Below are positions 1-9,508 of a DNA stretch of 64,000 bases, piece by piece. The notes under the pieces are model-generated. The model saw only the letters and a list, made by a program, of their open reading frames with translations, was not told the origin of the DNA and did no database searches. Numbering within the stretch: the stretch's first letter is position 1; each line of letters starts with the position of its first letter. The stretch is from Gammaproteobacteria bacterium (lineage in GTDB: Bacteria > Pseudomonadota > Gammaproteobacteria > G965277405), in contig OZ255726.1 in NCBI GenBank assembly GCA_965277405.1, positions 128,001 to 192,000 of the forward strand. The letters are read 5' to 3'. A program made the position numbers and the translations under genes.

Positions 1-60
1 TCGTTTTATCAGTGACTTAATCGAAGTTTCCATACAATATAATCGGTAGAGAAATGTCAT

Positions 61-96
61 AAAAAAGCCCCTCAAAGAAAGTAGCAATGAGAGGCT
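61..96 (-). terminator. Rho-independent terminator of binding-protein copy 1
   Basis: Minus strand reads AGCCTCTC-loop-GAGGGGCT followed by TTTTTT, 11 bp after the stop codon. Confidence 0.75.
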
Positions 97-107
97 GTAA
101 CTAGTAT

Positions 108-1220
108 TTATGCTGATAAATATCGATCTTGATATTCGTTGCGTAACGCGACATACCACGGTTCTTGGATTGGCCACCACCACAGGTTGGCTAAATCATC
201 TTCGCTGTATGAATCTTTGAAAAACTGTTTTGTTGCTGCAGGTAATAAGGCTTCTGCGCCAACTGCTGTGGAGTTGTAGCCAGTCGCTTTGACGAACATC
301 GCCCCTGCCTCAGGGGTATAATACCAATTAATAAACTCGTATACAGCATCGATGTTATTGGCATTTTTAGGGATTACAAATCCTTCCATCCATGCAAGAG
401 CGCCTTCTTTTGGTGCCCCGTACGCGATTGGTTCGCCTTCGTTTTTGAGGATAAACGCCGTGCTGTCCCAGGTTTGCCCGATGATTGCACCATTTGTTCT
501 AAATGCACCTTGCGCTTCGTTTTCAGTTGACCAAAATTGTGCAATTGCGTTCTTATGCTTAGTGGCAACTTTAAGAATCGCGTCAAAATTTGCCCGCATG
601 GCTTTTTCATTTTTAAACGCATCGAGCAATGGCAATGGAAGTTTATCAATTTTTTCTAACCATAGCCCAATACCAATCAAAGCAGAATGACCGCGCACGG
701 CAACACCGCCTAAGTGTTCTGGTCGCCACAGGTCACCATAGCTTAGGTTTTTTGGATCTACTGTTGCCTCTTGTGTGTTATAGGCAATCGCCTCAGTGCC
801 CCAATCCGATGGTGCAAAATACCGCTCATCTTGTATTACGCCGCCAACTTCAGAACCTGTCATCGCGCTATCTAGGCAGCCATCCCAATTGATACGCGAT
901 ATATCCAACGGCTGCACAAGCCCATAATCAACATAGCCTGGAACACGGTCAACAGTTGGCATGATGATGTCGAAACCGTTGCCATCTGTCGCGCGCAGCG
1001 AATTCATTAACTCATCATTAGTGCCGTAGGGAGTAAATGTGGCATTGATACCAGTCTTCGCTTGCAAGTCCGCCAGCATTTCATCAGTGATATAGCCAGC
1101 CCAAGCATAGATGCGCAGTTGTTTATTCGCAGCCATCAGCGTATGTGCCGAAAACGGTGTAGCGGCAACAGCGCCTGCAATAGCTGCTCCTTTAACAAAT
1201 TGACGTCGTGAAATATTCAT
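108..1220 (-). CDS. PotD/PotF-family (polyamine-type) ABC substrate-binding protein, Tat-exported, copy 1
   Basis: Twin-arginine signal SRRQFVK; motifs YAWAGYI, FDIIMPT, WGTEAIAYN, PKEGALAW, YEFINW typical of PotD/PotF. Confidence 0.85.
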   Translation of the reverse strand: MNISRRQFVKGAAIAGAVAATPFSAHTLMAANKQLRIYAWAGYITDEMLADLQAKTGINATFTPYGTNDELMNSLRATDGNGFDIIMPTVDRVPGYVDYGLVQPLDISRINWDGCLDSAMTGSEVGGVIQDERYFAPSDWGTEAIAYNTQEATVDPKNLSYGDLWRPEHLGGVAVRGHSALIGIGLWLEKIDKLPLPLLDAFKNEKAMRANFDAILKVATKHKNAIAQFWSTENEAQGAFRTNGAIIGQTWDSTAFILKNEGEPIAYGAPKEGALAWMEGFVIPKNANNIDAVYEFINWYYTPEAGAMFVKATGYNSTAVGAEALLPAATKQFFKDSYSEDDLANLWWWPIQEPWYVALRNEYQDRYLSA

Positions 1221-1307
1221 AATAAACCTCAGTATGATTAGGGAATGATTTACTTGTATAGCATAAGTGGAAATAATTTATGTAAAACATTCATAATAAA
1301 ACTCAGT

Positions 1308-1382
1308 ATGATTAGCGAATGATTAGCGAATGATTAGCGAATGATTAGCGAATGATTAGCGAATGATTAGCGAATGATTAGC
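1308..1382. repeat. 11-bp VNTR (ATGATTAGCGA) x6 plus a partial unit
   Basis: Read directly; the homologous site at 3023-3053 has only x2 plus a partial unit. Confidence 0.95.
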
Positions 1383-1434
1383 TGGTGTAACACAGGTGGA
1401 AATAATTTATGTGAAATATTTATGATACAACTAT

Positions 1435-1733
1435 AGAAGCCTCTGCTATCAGCCCATACTGGCCGAAACCGAGCAAAACGCTGCTGATAACTAGACGCAG
1501 TGTGCAGGTAACACGGTTGGGTCTTGTGGGTATTGCCAAGTGCTGCAACGATGTTAGCGCAGTTTTTTTTCGTCACTCTATTCAATATACACTTCCACAT
1601 ACTTTTGGTTGGCAGCAATTGTACTACTTGCTTGCTGTGCGGCATACCTTGGCATATATGCAAAGGTTGGCGTCTGGCAATAATCAGCAATTACAGACAA
1701 ACTCGCTTGTTATGCGATGTAATCAGGTATTTC
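1435..1733 (+). mobile_element. Degenerate MITE copy
   Basis: Colinear with the consensus (gctgataactagacgcagtg...tgctgcaacgatgttagcgc...aaactcgc...taatcag) but with eroded ends. Confidence 0.8.
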
Positions 1734-1775
1734 ATATAGAGATTTGATACAACGTAATTGGTAGTTAAATGTCAT

Positions 1776-1811
1776 AAAAAAGCCCCTCAAAGAAAGTAGC
1801 AATGAGAGGCT
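1776..1811 (-). terminator. Rho-independent terminator of copy 2
   Basis: Identical to 61-96. Confidence 0.75.
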
Positions 1812-1822
1812 GTAACTAGTAT

Positions 1823-2935
1823 TTATGCTGATAAATATCGATCTTGATATTCGTTGCGTAACGCGACATACCACGGTTCTTGGATTGGCCACCACCACAG
1901 GTTGGCTAAATCATCTTCGCTGTATGAATCTTTGAAAAACTGTTTTGTTGCTGCAGGTAATAAGGCTTCTGCGCCAACTGCTGTGGAGTTGTAGCCAGTC
2001 GCTTTGACGAACATCGCCCCTGCCTCAGGGGTATAATACCAATTAATAAACTCATAGACAGAATCGATGTTATTGGCGTTTTTAGGAATTACAAATCCTT
2101 CCATCCATGCAAGAGCGCCTTCTTTTGGTGCCCCGTAGGCGATTGGTTCGCCTTCGTTTTTGAGGATAAACGCCGTGCTGTCCCAGGTTTGCCCGATGAT
2201 TGCACCATTTGTTCTAAATGCACCTTGCGCTTCGTTTTCAGTTGACCAAAATTGTGCAATTGCATCCTTATGCTTAGTGGCAACTTTAAGAATCGCGTCA
2301 AAATTTGCCCGCATGGCTTTTTCATTTTTAAACGCATCGAGCAATGGCAATGGAAGTTTATCAATTTTTTCTAACCATAGCCCAATACCAATCAAAGCAG
2401 AATGACCGCGCACGGCAACACCGCCTAAGTGTTCTGGTCGCCACAGGTCACCATAGCTTAGGTTTTTTGGATCTACTGTTGCCTCTTGTGTGTTATAGGC
2501 AATCGCCTCAGTGCCCCAATCCGATGGTGCAAAATACCGCTCATCTTGTATTACGCCGCCAACTTCAGAACCTGTCATCGCGCTATCTAGGCAGCCATCC
2601 CAATTGATACGCGATATATCCAACGGCTGCACAAGCCCATAATCAACATAGCCTGGAACACGGTCAACAGTTGGCATGATGATGTCGAAACCGTTGCCAT
2701 CTGTCGCGCGCAGCGAATTCATTAACTCATCATTAGTGCCGTAGGGAGTAAATGTGGCATTGATACCAGTCTTCGCTTGCAAGTCCGCCAGCATTTCATC
2801 AGTGATATAGCCAGCCCAAGCATAGATGCGCAGTTGTTTATTCGCAGCCATCAGCGTATGTGCCGAAAACGGTGTAGCGGCAACAGCGCCTGCAATAGCT
2901 GCTCCTTTAACAAATTGACGTCGTGAAATATTCAT
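1823..2935 (-). CDS. PotD/PotF-family substrate-binding protein, copy 2
   Basis: 370 aa; differs from copy 1 at two residues (KHKN/KHKD, IDA/IDS). Confidence 0.85.
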   Translation of the reverse strand: MNISRRQFVKGAAIAGAVAATPFSAHTLMAANKQLRIYAWAGYITDEMLADLQAKTGINATFTPYGTNDELMNSLRATDGNGFDIIMPTVDRVPGYVDYGLVQPLDISRINWDGCLDSAMTGSEVGGVIQDERYFAPSDWGTEAIAYNTQEATVDPKNLSYGDLWRPEHLGGVAVRGHSALIGIGLWLEKIDKLPLPLLDAFKNEKAMRANFDAILKVATKHKDAIAQFWSTENEAQGAFRTNGAIIGQTWDSTAFILKNEGEPIAYGAPKEGALAWMEGFVIPKNANNIDSVYEFINWYYTPEAGAMFVKATGYNSTAVGAEALLPAATKQFFKDSYSEDDLANLWWWPIQEPWYVALRNEYQDRYLSA

Positions 2936-3022
2936 AATAAACCTCAGTATGATTAGGGAATGATTTACTTGTATAGCATAAGTGGAAATAATTTATGTAA
3001 AACATTCATAATAAAACTCAGT

Positions 3023-3053
3023 ATGATTAGCGAATGATTAGCGAATGATTAGC
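3023..3053. repeat. 11-bp VNTR x2 plus a partial unit
   Basis: Same unit as 1308-1382. Confidence 0.9.
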
Positions 3054-3105
3054 TGGTGTAACACAGGTGGAAATAATTTATGTGAAATATTTATGATACA
3101 ACTAT

Positions 3106-3404
3106 AGAAGCCTCTGCTATCAGCCCATACTGGCCGAAACCGAGCAAAACGCTGCTGATAACTAGACGCAGTGTGCAGGTAACACGGTTGGGTCTTGTGG
3201 GTATTGCCAAGTGCTGCAACGATGTTAGCGCAGTTTTTTTTCGTCACTCTATTCAATATACACTTCCACATACTTTTGGTTGGCAGCAATTGTACTACTT
3301 GCTTGCTGTGCGGCATACCTTGGCATATATGCAAAGGTTGGCGTCTGGCAATAATCAGCAATTACAGACAAACTCGCTTGTTATGCGATGTAATCAGGTA
3401 TTTC
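3106..3404 (+). mobile_element. Degenerate MITE copy (duplicate of 1435-1733)
   Basis: Part of the tandemly duplicated unit. Confidence 0.8.
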
Positions 3405-3446
3405 ATATAGAGATTTGATACAACGTAATTGGTAGTTAAATGTCAT

Positions 3447-3482
3447 AAAAAAGCCCCTCAAAGAAAGTAGCAATGAGAGGCT
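3447..3482 (-). terminator. Rho-independent terminator of copy 3
   Basis: Identical to 61-96. Confidence 0.75.
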
Positions 3483-3493
3483 GTAACTAGTAT

Positions 3494-4606
3494 TTATGCT
3501 GATAAATATCGATCTTGATATTCGTTGCGTAACGCGACATACCACGGTGCTTGGATTGGCCACCACCACAGGTTGGCTAAATCATCTTCGCTGTATGAAT
3601 CTTTGAAAAACTGTTTTGTTGCTGCAGGTAATAAGGCTTCTGCGCCAACTGCTGTGGAGTTGTAGCCAGTCGCTTTGACGAACATCGCCCCTGCCTCAGG
3701 GGTATAATACCAATTAATAAACTCGTATACAGAATCGATGTTGTTGGCATTTTTAGGGATTACAAATCCTTCCATCCATGCAAGAGCGCCTTCTTTTGGT
3801 GCCCCGTAGGCGATTGGTTCGCCTTCGTTTTTGAGGATAAATGCCGTGCTGTCCCAGGTTTGCCCGATGATTGCACCATTTGTTCTAAATGCACCTTGCG
3901 CTTCGTTTTCAGTTGACCAAAATTGTGCAATTGCGTTCTTATGCTTAGTGGCAACTTTAAGAATCACGTCAAAATTTGCCCGCATGGCTTTTTCATTTTT
4001 AAACGCATCGAGCAATGGCAATGGAAGTTTATCAATTTTTTCTAACCATAGCCCAATACCAATCAAAGCAGAATGACCGCGCACGGCAACACCGCCTAAG
4101 TGTTCTGGTCGCCACAGGTCACCATAGCTTAGGTTTTTTGGATCTACTGTTGCCTCTTGTGTGTTATAGGTAATCGCCTCAGTACCCCAATCAGATGGTG
4201 CAAAATACCGCTCATCTTGTATTACGCCGCCAACTTCAGAACCTGTCATCGCGCTATCTAGGCAGCCATCCCAATTGATACGCGATATATCCAACGGCTG
4301 CACAAGCCCATAATCAACATAGCCTGGAACACGGTCAACAGTTGGCATGATGATGTCGAAACCGTTGCCATCTGTCGCGCGCAGCGAATTCATTAACTCA
4401 TCATTAGTGCCGTAGGGAGTAAATGTGGCATTGATACCAGTCTTCGCTTGCAAGTCCGCCAGCATTTCATCAGTGATATAGCCAGCCCAAGCATAGATGC
4501 GCAGTTGTTTATTGGCAGCCATCAGCGTATTTATAGAAAAAGGTGTGGAGGCAACAGTGCCTGCAATAGCTGCTCCTTTAACAAAATTACGTCGTGAAAT
4601 AGTCAT
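3494..4606 (-). CDS. PotD/PotF-family substrate-binding protein, copy 3
   Basis: 370 aa; diverged Tat signal (MTISRRNFVK), mature part nearly identical to copies 1 and 2. Confidence 0.85.
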   Translation of the reverse strand: MTISRRNFVKGAAIAGTVASTPFSINTLMAANKQLRIYAWAGYITDEMLADLQAKTGINATFTPYGTNDELMNSLRATDGNGFDIIMPTVDRVPGYVDYGLVQPLDISRINWDGCLDSAMTGSEVGGVIQDERYFAPSDWGTEAITYNTQEATVDPKNLSYGDLWRPEHLGGVAVRGHSALIGIGLWLEKIDKLPLPLLDAFKNEKAMRANFDVILKVATKHKNAIAQFWSTENEAQGAFRTNGAIIGQTWDSTAFILKNEGEPIAYGAPKEGALAWMEGFVIPKNANNIDSVYEFINWYYTPEAGAMFVKATGYNSTAVGAEALLPAATKQFFKDSYSEDDLANLWWWPIQAPWYVALRNEYQDRYLSA

Positions 4607-4710
4607 AATAAATCTCCGTAGTATTAGATAATGATTTTCATGTATGACACGAGTTCACATGATTTATGTGAAGTATTTATGATAAAACTATACGCTATTT
4701 CCGCATATAA

Positions 4711-4801
4711 TAGCTAGGTCATGCGCTCAGCGGTTTGCGCCTTGCAATCATCAGCAATTGCAGGCAAACTCGCTCCATACAACGAGTTAAGCAGATGTTC
4801 C
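4711..4801 (+). mobile_element. MITE right-end fragment
   Basis: tagctaggtcatgcgc...cttgcaatcatcagcaattgcaggcaaactcgctccat...ttaagcagatgttcc. Confidence 0.85.
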
Positions 4802-4824
4802 TTACCAATCCTACCCAACACATA

Positions 4825-5394
4825 ATGCCGTCAACATATTGGCTAGTCGTGCTGATAGCGGGTATTGCAAGTATCGCGGCTATTGGTAGCCCTGCACTCG
4901 CTTGCTTGCATTTTGACGCGCAGGCAATTAGCGCGGGCGAATGGTGGCGGGTATGTACGTATGTATTGGCTCATGTAAACCTCACCCATGCCGCCAATAA
5001 TTGTATTGGAGCAATCGGTTGTTACTGGCTGTATAGCCTGCTCAATGCGCGGCGGACGTTTTGGCTGGTGGTGCTGCTGATACCATTGTTGTGTGCTGGA
5101 GTTTTTTTGACGACAAATATCGTTGCCAGCGGCCAAGGTGTTGCAGGGTTTTCTGGCGTGTTGTATGGGTTGGTTGCTGCTATGATTGTCGTACTTGGGC
5201 AGCGACGTAGCAGCTGGGCTGCTATCATTGCCATTGGGCTATGCACTACGTTGCTGTTGAGTTTTTTTGACATCGAATTCTCTCCATTGGCAGCACATTC
5301 GTTGCATGCAGGGCATGGAATAGCCAGCATTTGTGGCGTGTTGCTAGGGCTGCTTAGTTGTGGTATCAACCCAGGCAGGAAACGAGCCGAGTAA
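4825..5394 (+). CDS. Rhomboid-family intramembrane serine protease (rhombosortase-like)
   Basis: GEWWR, HxxxxHxxxN, GFSGVLYG with catalytic Ser and a downstream His in hydrophobic helices. Start moved from 4735, which lies inside the MITE. Confidence 0.75.
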   Translation: MPSTYWLVVLIAGIASIAAIGSPALACLHFDAQAISAGEWWRVCTYVLAHVNLTHAANNCIGAIGCYWLYSLLNARRTFWLVVLLIPLLCAGVFLTTNIVASGQGVAGFSGVLYGLVAAMIVVLGQRRSSWAAIIAIGLCTTLLLSFFDIEFSPLAAHSLHAGHGIASICGVLLGLLSCGINPGRKRAE

Positions 5395-6465
5395 TTTACA
5401 CAGCGGCATTTCAGTATGCAGGCTGTGGAGCAATTGCTGGGTGGTATCTGCAGCAATATGACCAGAAAATTCGCAATAAAAACTATATGTCCATGTTGAA
5501 TCAGGTGATGGGTGGCTTGCGAGCATCGACATATTAATCTTATGCTCGCGAAATATACGCAGTGCTTCGTATAACCCTCCTGAGCGGTGTGAAACTGAAA
5601 ATACTAAGGCCGTTTTATCATGACCTGTAGGTGCAGGTTGTTGTTTGCCCAATACGATAAAGCGGGTACGATTGCCAATAATGTCGCTGATGTTTTCTTG
5701 AATAATATGCAAACCATACAGCTGGGCGTTGGTAATACCAGCAATTGCTGCGGCATGCGGTTTGTCTTTGATATATTGTGCTGCTGCTGAGTTTGATGCG
5801 CGTTCGTGCAACTTGGCATGCGGGAGGCTTTTAGCTAACCAGCGGCTGCATTGTGCGCTTGCTTGCGGATGTGCATACACGTCTGTGATATCAGCCAGCT
5901 TTGCTTGATAAGCGGCAAGCAGGCAATGGCAGATAATGACTTCTGTCTCACCAATGATTTGCAATGTGTCGGTTGAGTGGGTATGTAAATAATCAATTGT
6001 TTGCGCGACCGTTCCTGCGGTTGAGTTTTCAATTGGCAATACCGCGTAATGGTTTTCATCACGCGCGAGCGCATCAAAAATATCTGCTATGCTGCGCCAA
6101 GGGTGCAAGACGGCAGCACTCCCAAAGTGGCTGATTGCTGCAGCTTGGGTATAGCTTCCTGCTGGGCCAAGATAGCCAATGGTTTGGATTTGTTCTAAAC
6201 GCAAACAGCCAGAAATAATTTCTGTAAAAACTTTTGTCAGTTGCTCCGTCGGAAAAGGACCGTTGTTGCTGCACAACAACTTTTGTTTGATCTTGCTTTC
6301 ACGACTTGGGTCGTATAGCGGGGTGTTTTTAGATTTTTTGAGTTTATGTTTGCTGACTTGAATGGCATATTCTGCGCGCTGATTGAGCAAGGCAACCAAC
6401 TGCAAGTCTATCGCATCGATTTGAGCGCGGGCGTTTGCTAACGATGGTGTCTCCGTCGCAGACAT
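5344..6465 (-). CDS. pheA: Chorismate mutase/prephenate dehydratase (P-protein)
   Basis: N-terminal AroQ domain (RAQIDAID...DPSRE), LGPAGSY, PIENS, NRTRF, C-terminal ACT domain. Confidence 0.95.
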   Translation of the reverse strand: MSATETPSLANARAQIDAIDLQLVALLNQRAEYAIQVSKHKLKKSKNTPLYDPSRESKIKQKLLCSNNGPFPTEQLTKVFTEIISGCLRLEQIQTIGYLGPAGSYTQAAAISHFGSAAVLHPWRSIADIFDALARDENHYAVLPIENSTAGTVAQTIDYLHTHSTDTLQIIGETEVIICHCLLAAYQAKLADITDVYAHPQASAQCSRWLAKSLPHAKLHERASNSAAAQYIKDKPHAAAIAGITNAQLYGLHIIQENISDIIGNRTRFIVLGKQQPAPTGHDKTALVFSVSHRSGGLYEALRIFREHKINMSMLASHPSPDSTWTYSFYCEFSGHIAADTTQQLLHSLHTEMPLCKLLGSFPAWVDTTTKQP

Positions 6466-6470
6466 TGCAA

Positions 6471-6794
6471 TTACACTTGATGTTCAGGGAGCCGTACCAC
6501 CAGACCATCCAGCGCATCATTGACCGTTATTTGGCAGCTAAGTCTACTATTGGCGTGTACTGGGTCTGCTGCACATTCGAGCATGTTCTCTTCTATCGAT
6601 GAACGTGCTGGCACTGATTCAGCCCAGCTTTCATCAATATAACAATGGCATGTTGCACAGACACAATGCCCGCCACATTCACCTAGAATCCCATCGATGT
6701 CATGTTCAACGGCAATTTCCATTAAATTCATTCCAGCTTCAGCCGCTGCGGCGTGAGCATTTCCTGAGTGGTCGATAAAATTAATGATTGGCAT
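6471..6794 (-). CDS. 2Fe-2S ferredoxin (adrenodoxin/putidaredoxin type)
   Basis: CGGHCVCATCH and SRLSCQ motifs. Confidence 0.9.
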   Translation of the reverse strand: MPIINFIDHSGNAHAAAAEAGMNLMEIAVEHDIDGILGECGGHCVCATCHCYIDESWAESVPARSSIEENMLECAADPVHANSRLSCQITVNDALDGLVVRLPEHQV

Positions 6795-6824
6795 TAAATA
6801 ATCCTATTATGTTGAAAAGACAAG

Positions 6825-7108
6825 GGATCCTCTGATTAATTCCATGATGGGCGAGACGGAGAAAAAACGCTGATGATAACTAGACGCAGTGCGCAGATAA
6901 TACTGGTGGTATTATCAAGTGCTGCAACGACGTTAGCGCAGCGTTTTTTCACGTCCTTCTGTTGAATATACTTTGGGTTTGCTGCAGCGGTACTTGCTGT
7001 GTTGCATCCCTTGGCGTATATGCTACGGCATACGCCTGCGGAATGCGCCTTGCAATCATCAGCAATTGCAGGCAAACTCGCTCCATCAGCGAGTTAATCA
7101 GAGGTTCC
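6825..7108 (+). mobile_element. Full-length MITE (284 bp)
   Basis: Ends GGATCCTCTGATTAA ... TTAATCAGAGGTTCC; flanks CAAG / TTAG. Confidence 0.9.
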
Positions 7109-7153
7109 TTAGCTATCAACATACCACCACTGTAGCAAATGTGCAGTGTAAAA

Positions 7154-8995
7154 TTACAATTTGTGCTGCCGCGTTTGCTGCGAACGCCCCGCTTGCTTGC
7201 GTGCATTTTCGTGCAGATGCACTTTGCGAATGCGGATTGACTGCGGGGTGATTTCCACTAGCTCGTCGTCGTCAATCATTTCAAGTGCGCTCTCGAGGGT
7301 GAGTTGTAGCGGTGGAGTTAGCATGATATTTTCATCATTGCCTGAAACTCGAAAGTTTGTCAGTTGTTTGCCTTTCAACGGGTTTACTGTTAAATCATTT
7401 TCACGGCTATGGATGCCGACTATTTGACCTGCATATACCATATCACCAGGCTTCACACAAAGTTCGCCACGTTCTTGTAAATTCGCCAATGCATAGCCTA
7501 ATACTTTACCCGAGGCGTTGGCAATCATCGCCCCACGCGACCGTTGATTCAGCTCGCCACTGATTTTTGGCGCATACGCATCAAATACATGATACAGCAG
7601 TCCTGTCCCTGCTGTTATGCCTTTAAAGGTACTGTTAAAACCAATTAAACCTCGTGATGGTATTTTATAATCGAGGCGCACACGACCTGCGCTGTCTGGT
7701 AACATGTCCAATAACTCACCCTTACGCGTACCAATTGCTTGCATGACGGCACCTTGATGCGCAGTTTCGCAGTCAATAGTCAGCATTTCAAAGGGCTCGT
7801 GCAGAGTGCCGTCAATGGTTTTATCAATCACCAACGTACGCGAAACTCCAAGCTCAAATCCTTCGCGGCGCATGGTTTCTAGTAAGATAGACAAATGCAA
7901 TTCACCACGTCCAGCAACGTGAAAACTATCGGCATCGTTGGTAGGCGTTACCCGCAACGCGACATTGTGTATTTGCTCTTGCGCTAGTCGTGCTCCAATT
8001 TTTTGTGAAGTAACTAATTTACCTTCATTCCCAGCAAATGGCGATGAGTTAATGCCAACGGTCATCGCTATCGTTGGCTGATCTATATCAAACGTAGGTA
8101 ACGCTTCGAGTGCATCAGGGTCACAAATAGTCGCGGCTACCTGTGGTGATGGAATACCAGCAACCGCTACGATATCACCTGCGGCAGCGGCTTGAATTTC
8201 AATGCGCTCTAACCCTTTGTATCCATACAACATGCTGATGCGGGCTTTGCGCTGCGAACCATCTGGTTCGATTACCGTAATAGGGCTATTTTGTCGCACA
8301 ATGCCGCGACTAATGCGACCAATACAGAGCGCACCAACATATGTATTATAGTCCAAGGTCGAAATTTGCATTTGCAACGGACCATTTTCAGCGGTTGGCG
8401 GCTGACAATGGGCAATGATTGTTTCAAATAATGGGGTGAGATCGGCTGATGGTTGTTGGTGGTTGAAGGTGGCATAGCCCTGGATTGCAGAAGCGTAGAC
8501 GACAGGGAAGTCTAGCTGATCGTCACTAGCGCCAAGCTGATCAAATAAATCAAATACTTGGTCAACAACCCAGTCTGGGCGTGCACTGTCACGATCAATT
8601 TTATTGACGACTAGAATCGGCGCGAGACCATGGGCAAACGCTTTTTGGGTTACAAAGCGGGTTTGTGGCATTGGGCCATCTACAGCATCGACCAACAACA
8701 ATGCGCAATCCACCATCGACAATACCCGCTCAACTTCACCACCAAAATCAGCGTGGCCTGGCGTATCAACAATATTGATACGATAGTCATTCCACTGCAA
8801 CGCAGTGTTTTTAGAGAGGATGGTGATACCGCGTTCTTTTTCGATGTCATTCGAATCCATAACCCGTTGGACTGGACCAAAACGTGCGCCAAGCGAACCA
8901 GACTGAGAGAGCAGCCCGTCAACTAGTGTTGTTTTGCCATGGTCAACGTGGGCAATAATCGCAATATTACGAAGTTGTTTAGCAGTAACGAGCAT
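7154..8995 (-). CDS. typA: Translational GTPase TypA/BipA
   Basis: [47 protein letters not shown]. Confidence 0.98.
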   Translation of the reverse strand: MLVTAKQLRNIAIIAHVDHGKTTLVDGLLSQSGSLGARFGPVQRVMDSNDIEKERGITILSKNTALQWNDYRINIVDTPGHADFGGEVERVLSMVDCALLLVDAVDGPMPQTRFVTQKAFAHGLAPILVVNKIDRDSARPDWVVDQVFDLFDQLGASDDQLDFPVVYASAIQGYATFNHQQPSADLTPLFETIIAHCQPPTAENGPLQMQISTLDYNTYVGALCIGRISRGIVRQNSPITVIEPDGSQRKARISMLYGYKGLERIEIQAAAAGDIVAVAGIPSPQVAATICDPDALEALPTFDIDQPTIAMTVGINSSPFAGNEGKLVTSQKIGARLAQEQIHNVALRVTPTNDADSFHVAGRGELHLSILLETMRREGFELGVSRTLVIDKTIDGTLHEPFEMLTIDCETAHQGAVMQAIGTRKGELLDMLPDSAGRVRLDYKIPSRGLIGFNSTFKGITAGTGLLYHVFDAYAPKISGELNQRSRGAMIANASGKVLGYALANLQERGELCVKPGDMVYAGQIVGIHSRENDLTVNPLKGKQLTNFRVSGNDENIMLTPPLQLTLESALEMIDDDELVEITPQSIRIRKVHLHENARKQAGRSQQTRQHKL

Positions 8996-9124
8996 ATAGG
9001 TATCAAGTAAGTGTGATGGTGCGGACGCAGCATACTACCTGAAAGCTTGCGTAATATTTAATGATTTTGGGGTTTCTACCAATCAAGCAATCCCATAGTA
9101 CCTGCTCAAATAATTTCCCGTTTG

Positions 9125-9221
9125 TTGCGTGTATGCAACGGTTTGCCCCTGCGGTGCACGCCTTGCAATCATCAGCAATTGCAGGCAAACTCGCTTCATC
9201 AGCGACTTAATCAGAGCTTCC
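9125..9221 (+). mobile_element. MITE right-end fragment
   Basis: ccttgcaatcatcagcaattgcaggcaaactcgc...cttaatcagagcttcc followed by TTAG; left boundary approximate. Confidence 0.85.
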
Positions 9222-9508
9222 TTAGCAATGCGGCGGCATTTCATACAAAAGTTACGTCTAAAATGGCTGTTTAACTGAACAAACAAGGTAAAACTAATAT
9301 TTAACCTTTTAATCGAAACAAAATTCATTATAGTTGACAATAACACTATCTCCGTATAGAAATTTACAATCAACTGCAAATTTAGACCTGCTTGCAACAG
9401 ACATCAAAAATGTGTAATTTTGAGCGATACCAACACCAATACATCGCAGTGGTGTTGTTGTTATACCAGTTGATTGATTCGTTAACAACAACTTAATGTG
9501 AAATAGAA

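Noticed and set aside
1308-1382. 11-bp, 12-bp and 24-bp arrays as CRISPR
   Set aside because: Head-to-tail repeats without spacers, and no cas genes in the window
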